From Candidatus Omnitrophota bacterium (GTDB taxonomy: Bacteria; Omnitrophota; Gorgyraeia; 2-02-FULL-51-18): a stretch of DNA of 59,547 bases. The stretch is from NCBI GenBank assembly GCA_016197155.1, contig JACPWF010000034.1, positions 1 to 59,547 on the forward strand. The letters are read 5' to 3'. The notes below the pieces were generated by a model that was not told the DNA's origin, made no database searches, and saw only the letters and a list, made by a program, of their open reading frames with translations. Both the position numbers and the translations under genes were made by a program. This document shows, piece by piece, positions 55,161-59,547 of this stretch (its first letter is position 1; each line of letters opens with the position of its first letter).

Positions 55161-55696
55161 TTATAATGAAGACGGTGTCAAAACCGACAGGCACCAGGAC
55201 TCGCTGTTCAGCGGGTTGCGGAAATGGTGGGGCAGGGAGGCCTGGAAATAAAGGCTCGCGCCGTGCTTCAGGACCTGCCTCTCATTTCCCAGAGTCAGCT
55301 CGATCGTTCCTTTTAGAATGTAAATAAACCGCTCGGCGCCGCCGGAAAATTCCTCGGTCTCGGTGTGGCCTTTTCCCTTTAATTTCAGAAGGATCGGCGT
55401 CATCTTTTTCTGGAGGACTCCGGTGGTGAGCAACTGGGCGACCGCGCCGCTCGAATGCGAAAACGTTTCGAGTTTTCGCCGCGCCGCTTTTTCCTTCATT
55501 TCCTCAATGCGGGAAAGGACGTCCTTGTAGAGGTCGGGCAGGTGGATGCCGAGCGCGGCGGCGATCCGCGTGTGCGAATCGAGCGTGCCGGTCATCCGGC
55601 CGTTTTCGATGCGGCTCCGGTTTTCTCCGCCACCTGGACAAGGGTAAGGGCCCGCTCTTTCCGCAGGCGTTTGATGCGTTCTCCGAGGCCTTTCAT
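55161..55696 (-). pseudogene. XRE-HTH + cupin transcriptional regulator, disrupted in the HTH
   Basis: The N-terminal piece MKGLGERIKRLRKERALTLVQVAEKTGAASKTAG* (55696-55592) breaks where the recognition helix should be. The downstream frame continues RIENGRMTGTL...cupin (intact ORF 55161-55595). Confidence 0.55.
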
Positions 55697-55715
55697 GACT
55701 CCAGTCTACATTAAA

Positions 55716-55732
55716 TTTGATTAAAAATCAAA
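55716..55732. promoter_or_regulatory. palindromic operator candidate
   Basis: TTTGAT-TAAAA-ATCAAA is a perfect palindrome in the divergent intergenic region. An extra ATCAAA half-site at 55754-55759 lies next to the -35. Confidence 0.5.
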
Positions 55733-55765
55733 GTAATCTGAATATGAAAAAAAATCAAATTAGAC

Positions 55766-55794
55766 TTGACAAATAAACAATTATCCTGTATAGT
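55766..55794 (+). promoter_or_regulatory. sigma70-type promoter of the giant repeat-protein gene
   Basis: TTGACA-17 nt-TATAGT, about 50 nt upstream of ATG 55844. Confidence 0.6.
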
Positions 55795-55843
55795 TCCCGC
55801 AGAGAGTGAGACTAATTAAAAGGGGGCCGCCTCTTGAACAAGG

Positions 55844-57187
55844 ATGTTTCGTCGGGTATACTTCCTCCCAGTTATGAGTAAAGGCGCCACGGATCAATGC
55901 ATCAGCCTGCTTCCCAGAGCAGGCTTTTTTGATGTCAAAAAATCCCGGCTTAAAAAACTTTTTATAAAGAGCGTTGCGCTGACGCTCATTTTCACAACGG
56001 GCTCTTCCCAGCTTCTTTTTGCCGGCGATCCGAGGCAGATGCTTGAGGACGCCAAGCGTTCCTTCCTGACCTACCAAAGCACGCGGCGGCCGGGCGGCTC
56101 GGAGCCGGGTGACTATGATTTTCAAAGGCGCCAACAGGACGAGATTGACCGCCAGGAGGCGCTTCAAAATCTGGACAAACTGAATTTCACGCTGACGACC
56201 AAAGGCGACGATCTTCTCCGGTACGTGGACGGCAAGCTTTTCCAGATCGTGAGGCTGGACGGATCGGTTTTGAAAAATCTACAGACCGACGCGAACGGAA
56301 ATATTTTAAATACGGATTTCAAGTTCCCCGATAATTCCGTCCAAATTTACCGCGACGGCAAAGTGATCGGCTACGAGATGCCGGATGGCACGCAGGTTCT
56401 CTACGACGGCCCACGCGTGCAGAAAACGGTTTCGAAGGCCGGCGTGGAGACGGTTTATTCGTACACGAACGACGCGGATGGGAAAATTATCCAAACGATC
56501 CTCGACTCCCCGACGTATCACTCGATTTACGACAAAGACGGCAAATTAAAAGAAGTCCTCGAAAAAGGCACCGGCACCAAAACGTTTTATGCCGCCGGGC
56601 TCATCGACAAAATTCTTAAGAGCGACGGGTCGCAGTTTATTTTTAACCGGCAGATTTCCGCGAACGGTGAAGCGCTGGTTAATTTTGGAAAATACATCGA
56701 TCCCGCCGGAAATCAATTTGATTTTAATGGCGACACGATTTCAAGCGTCACCCTGCCTGACGGTTCGGCCCTTGAAAATATTGTCTGGAAAGACGATGGC
56801 ACGATTGATTCGGCGACGAAAATAAAAGACGGCAATAAATATTTCTACGTTAAAAACATTCTCGATAAAATCGTTTTTTTCGACACCTCCACTTTGGAGA
56901 GCCTAACCTGGAACGCTGATAAATCCCTCCACCAGGCCCTTCTCACGGACGCCGGACGCGTCAAATCACTTTATCTGGACGGCAGTGTCGCTCAAATTCA
57001 GGCGCTTGACGGGTCTGTCATTAGAAATATTGTGTGGGACTCCAATAAACGCATCAAAGACGGCGTGCTGACTGATTCGACGGGAATCGAATTTTATTAT
57101 CGTGACGGTGTTGTCTACCCATTGACAAAGCCACCCTCATCGACACAAAAAGCCGCCGTTTTTATTATGACAAAGCGGTGGCGGTGA
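55844..57187 (+). CDS. secreted repeat protein, N-terminal part (signal peptide + 42-aa YD/RHS-like repeats)
   Basis: Hydrophobic signal-like segment KKLFIKSVALTLIFTTGSSQLLFA. Repeats of the type GNxFxYxxGxVxxIxLpDGSxLxxIxWxxDGxIkxAxLxD follow. Confidence 0.7.
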   Translation: MFRRVYFLPVMSKGATDQCISLLPRAGFFDVKKSRLKKLFIKSVALTLIFTTGSSQLLFAGDPRQMLEDAKRSFLTYQSTRRPGGSEPGDYDFQRRQQDEIDRQEALQNLDKLNFTLTTKGDDLLRYVDGKLFQIVRLDGSVLKNLQTDANGNILNTDFKFPDNSVQIYRDGKVIGYEMPDGTQVLYDGPRVQKTVSKAGVETVYSYTNDADGKIIQTILDSPTYHSIYDKDGKLKEVLEKGTGTKTFYAAGLIDKILKSDGSQFIFNRQISANGEALVNFGKYIDPAGNQFDFNGDTISSVTLPDGSALENIVWKDDGTIDSATKIKDGNKYFYVKNILDKIVFFDTSTLESLTWNADKSLHQALLTDAGRVKSLYLDGSVAQIQALDGSVIRNIVWDSNKRIKDGVLTDSTGIEFYYRDGVVYPLTKPPSSTQKAAVFIMTKRWR

Positions 57188-59547
57188 AAGTGGAATTTCC
57201 CGGCGGGTCGGTGCTTACGGCTATCGTTTGGGACAGCAACAATCATGTCAAGAGCGGGCTTTTAACGGACGGCGCCGGCGTTCAGTGGACGTACGCCGAC
57301 GGCCAGACGAATACGGCAAAGTTGGCCGACGGGACGGTTGTAAAAAATATTGTCTGGAACACCGACGGTTCGGTTCAAAAGGCCGTGTGGGTGGAGGCGA
57401 AGGGGAATGAATTTTATTTTGAAGGGGACACCGTCACCAAGATTGTGCTGGTCGGCGGGGCGGTCGTGACGGCGATCGAGTGGGCAACGGACGGAAAGAT
57501 GGCGAAGGCTTTGCTGACGGATTCTCAGGCCAATAAATTTTATTATGAAAACGGCGTTGTCGTTAAAATCGTTTTGGCTGACGGCCGCAGTTTGGTGTCC
57601 CTCACGTGGACTGCTGCCGGGAAAATTGAAAAGGCTGTGCTTATTGATTTGTCGGGCAATCGTTATTTTTATGTGAACGGAACCGTTTCACAAATTGACT
57701 CCACTGATGGGTCGCGGATCACGTCCCTGGTTTGGTCGGCCGCGGGACTGGCCCTTGAAGCGGATATTTTGGACGCCGCGGGAATTCATTCCCTTTATAA
57801 AGACGGAAGCGTTTACAAGATTGTTTTGCCAAATGGGTCTGTCACCGATTCGATTGTGTGGAACGCGGACGGCTCTATTAAGGAAGCGATTCTGACAAAC
57901 ATTCAGGGGGATAAATTTACTTTCAACGCCGGAGCGGTGTCCGAAATCCGTCTGAAGGCGGGGGAGACGATTCAAAATATCGAGTGGGACGCGCTGGGGC
58001 ACATTAAAAAAGCCGTTTATACGGGTCTGACCGGAATCGTATTTAATTTTGACAACAGCGCGGTGACTAAAATCACACTGCCGGGAGGCGCTCTCATTAA
58101 GGACATCACGTGGGATGCCGGAAAAATCAAAAAAGGTACGTTTGTTGACGCGGCAAAGAATGAATTTTTTTACGACCAGTCCGTGTTTTCTCAAATTAAA
58201 CTTTTAAACGGAAAAGTTTTGACGGACATCGTGTGGGGCGGCGACGGCACGATTAAAAAAGCGACGCTGATCGATCTTTCGGGAAATAAGTTTTTTTACG
58301 ACAACAATGTTATTTATCGAATTAATCTGGCCTCCGGATCCGACATTAAAAATATCAAATGGGACGGCGCCGGCAAGATCACGGAAGCCGTGCTTGTGGA
58401 TTTGCAGAACAACGAATTTTCTTTCACTGCGGGGGATGTGTCCCAAATTAAATTTCCGGACGGGGCGGTGCTGGACGGGCTGGTCTGGAACGCCGATAAG
58501 TCGCTCAAGTTCGGGACATTGACGGATGTCACAAAAAATAAATATTTTTATGAAAACGGGACTGTCACCAAAATACAAAGACCGGACGGATCATGGCTTC
58601 AGCAAATCACGTGGAATCCCGACGGCACGCTCAAAAAGCTGACGCTCATCGATCTTTCCAACAATCAATTTTTGTATGAGAACGGCGCGATGACCCAGAT
58701 TCGTCTTCCCGACGGCAGTGTCATGGACGGGATTAATCTCGACGCCAATAAAAAAGTCAAAGACGCACGCCTTACGGATCCTCTGGGCAATGTTTACATT
58801 TATCAAAACGGCGAGATTACGCGGATCACGAGGCCCGACGGGTCACTTTTTCAAGGCATCACATGGAATCCACAGAATCAAATAAAAGACGGGACGCTCA
58901 CGGACACTAATGGCAATCAGTTTGTTTTTCAGGCGGGCGAGCTTCTTAATATCAGGCTGGCTGCCGGAGGCATTCTCTCCAATATTGTTTGGGACAGCCA
59001 AAACAAGTTAAAGAAATTTATTTATACCAACGTTAATGGCATTAAATTCTTGCATGAGGATGGGGTTGTCACAAAAATCATGTTGCCGCAGGGGGGTATC
59101 ACAGAAATTACCTGGGACAATTCCAACCCTCCGGCGCTTAATAATTTTAAGGTGACGGATGGAGAAGGAAACCAGATTTTTTACGAAAATAAAAAAACGG
59201 TGAGGATTGTTCTGTCGGGAGGCCGGGGAGTGATAAGCGATATCGTTTTGGACTCGACTCCGACTCCAACCACTCAACCTATCGAAACTTATACTTACAC
59301 AGACGGATCGGGAGTCGTGTGGACTTACGTGAAAAATGTAGTCACACTAATTACTTTTCCGAACGGCGCCAAAGTAAAGAATCTAAGCTTTAACTCAAGC
59401 GGGGCTATTACAGACTGCACCTATGAACAAGACGCTCAAACCACCTGGACCATGGCAAACAGCCTCTGGACCCAGATCCAAACTTCAAACGGGCTTCTCT
59501 CAAACCTCATCTTTGACTCCACCACCAAAGCCTTAACCGGCTACACA
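57121..59547 (+). CDS. same repeat protein, continuation in another frame; open at the window end
   Basis: I translated 809 codons without a stop, from IDKATLIDTKSRRFYYDKAVAVKVEFPGG to the last base. The same 42-aa periodicity continues. The ORF track lacks it because it has no stop and no ATG. Confidence 0.7.
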   Translation, partial: MDKATLIDTKSRRFYYDKAVAVKVEFPGGSVLTAIVWDSNNHVKSGLLTDGAGVQWTYADGQTNTAKLADGTVVKNIVWNTDGSVQKAVWVEAKGNEFYFEGDTVTKIVLVGGAVVTAIEWATDGKMAKALLTDSQANKFYYENGVVVKIVLADGRSLVSLTWTAAGKIEKAVLIDLSGNRYFYVNGTVSQIDSTDGSRITSLVWSAAGLALEADILDAAGIHSLYKDGSVYKIVLPNGSVTDSIVWNADGSIKEAILTNIQGDKFTFNAGAVSEIRLKAGETIQNIEWDALGHIKKAVYTGLTGIVFNFDNSAVTKITLPGGALIKDITWDAGKIKKGTFVDAAKNEFFYDQSVFSQIKLLNGKVLTDIVWGGDGTIKKATLIDLSGNKFFYDNNVIYRINLASGSDIKNIKWDGAGKITEAVLVDLQNNEFSFTAGDVSQIKFPDGAVLDGLVWNADKSLKFGTLTDVTKNKYFYENGTVTKIQRPDGSWLQQITWNPDGTLKKLTLIDLSNNQFLYENGAMTQIRLPDGSVMDGINLDANKKVKDARLTDPLGNVYIYQNGEITRITRPDGSLFQGITWNPQNQIKDGTLTDTNGNQFVFQAGELLNIRLAAGGILSNIVWDSQNKLKKFIYTNVNGIKFLHEDGVVTKIMLPQGGITEITWDNSNPPALNNFKVTDGEGNQIFYENKKTVRIVLSGGRGVISDIVLDSTPTPTTQPIETYTYTDGSGVVWTYVKNVVTLITFPNGAKVKNLSFNSSGAITDCTYEQDAQTTWTMANSLWTQIQTSNGLLSNLIFDSTTKALTGYT

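Noticed and set aside
57116-57124. Programmed ribosomal frameshift in the giant repeat gene.
   Set aside because: The required shift site (TAC CCA TTG) is not an X XXY YYZ slippery heptamer, and I saw no obvious downstream stimulatory structure. An indel or a true mutation is more parsimonious.

Overview
By eye the window has two parts. Positions 1-34254 are a GC-rich, tightly packed housekeeping block. It holds the end of the spc/alpha ribosomal operons (rplR' to rplQ), aminotransferases, an isocitrate dehydrogenase-family enzyme, lipA, a three-gene glycolipid-type cluster and a strikingly eukaryote-like class Ia ribonucleotide reductase (nrdB-nrdA). It also holds a TonB-like gene, an ArnT/PMT-TPR glycosyltransferase, gap-pgk-tpiA-secG, an Opp/Dpp-type ABC transporter, glgC, thiG, a vapBC insertion, a leuB/ttuC-like dehydrogenase, asd and truA. 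Positions 34255-59547 are accessory and mosaic. They contain a palindromic repeat array, two paralogous 80-aa orphan proteins, a HigBA-like TA pair fused to recQ, and three AAA+/PD-(D/E)xK (DUF4143-type) ATPase genes that sit in direct-repeat-flanked cassettes. They also contain four histidine kinases with AT-rich 7TM sensor modules joined to GC-rich kinase cores, three CheY-only response regulators, an HD-GYP phosphodiesterase, and a degenerate four-helix-bundle (23S-IVS-protein-like) gene remnant enclosed by ~57-nt inverted arms. A split XRE-cupin regulator and a giant secreted protein made of about 27 or more 42-aa YD/RHS-like repeats complete the region; the giant protein has an internal frameshift and runs off the window. 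The best candidate for an undescribed system is a low-GC island at about 44350-47780. It carries desaturase - PilZ::SAM-methyltransferase - 7TM/GAF kinase - CheY (then CheY and HD-GYP). This arrangement resembles phcBSRQ fatty-acid-methyl-ester quorum sensing, with c-di-GMP input. I found no rRNA, tRNA, CRISPR array, transposase or integrase.
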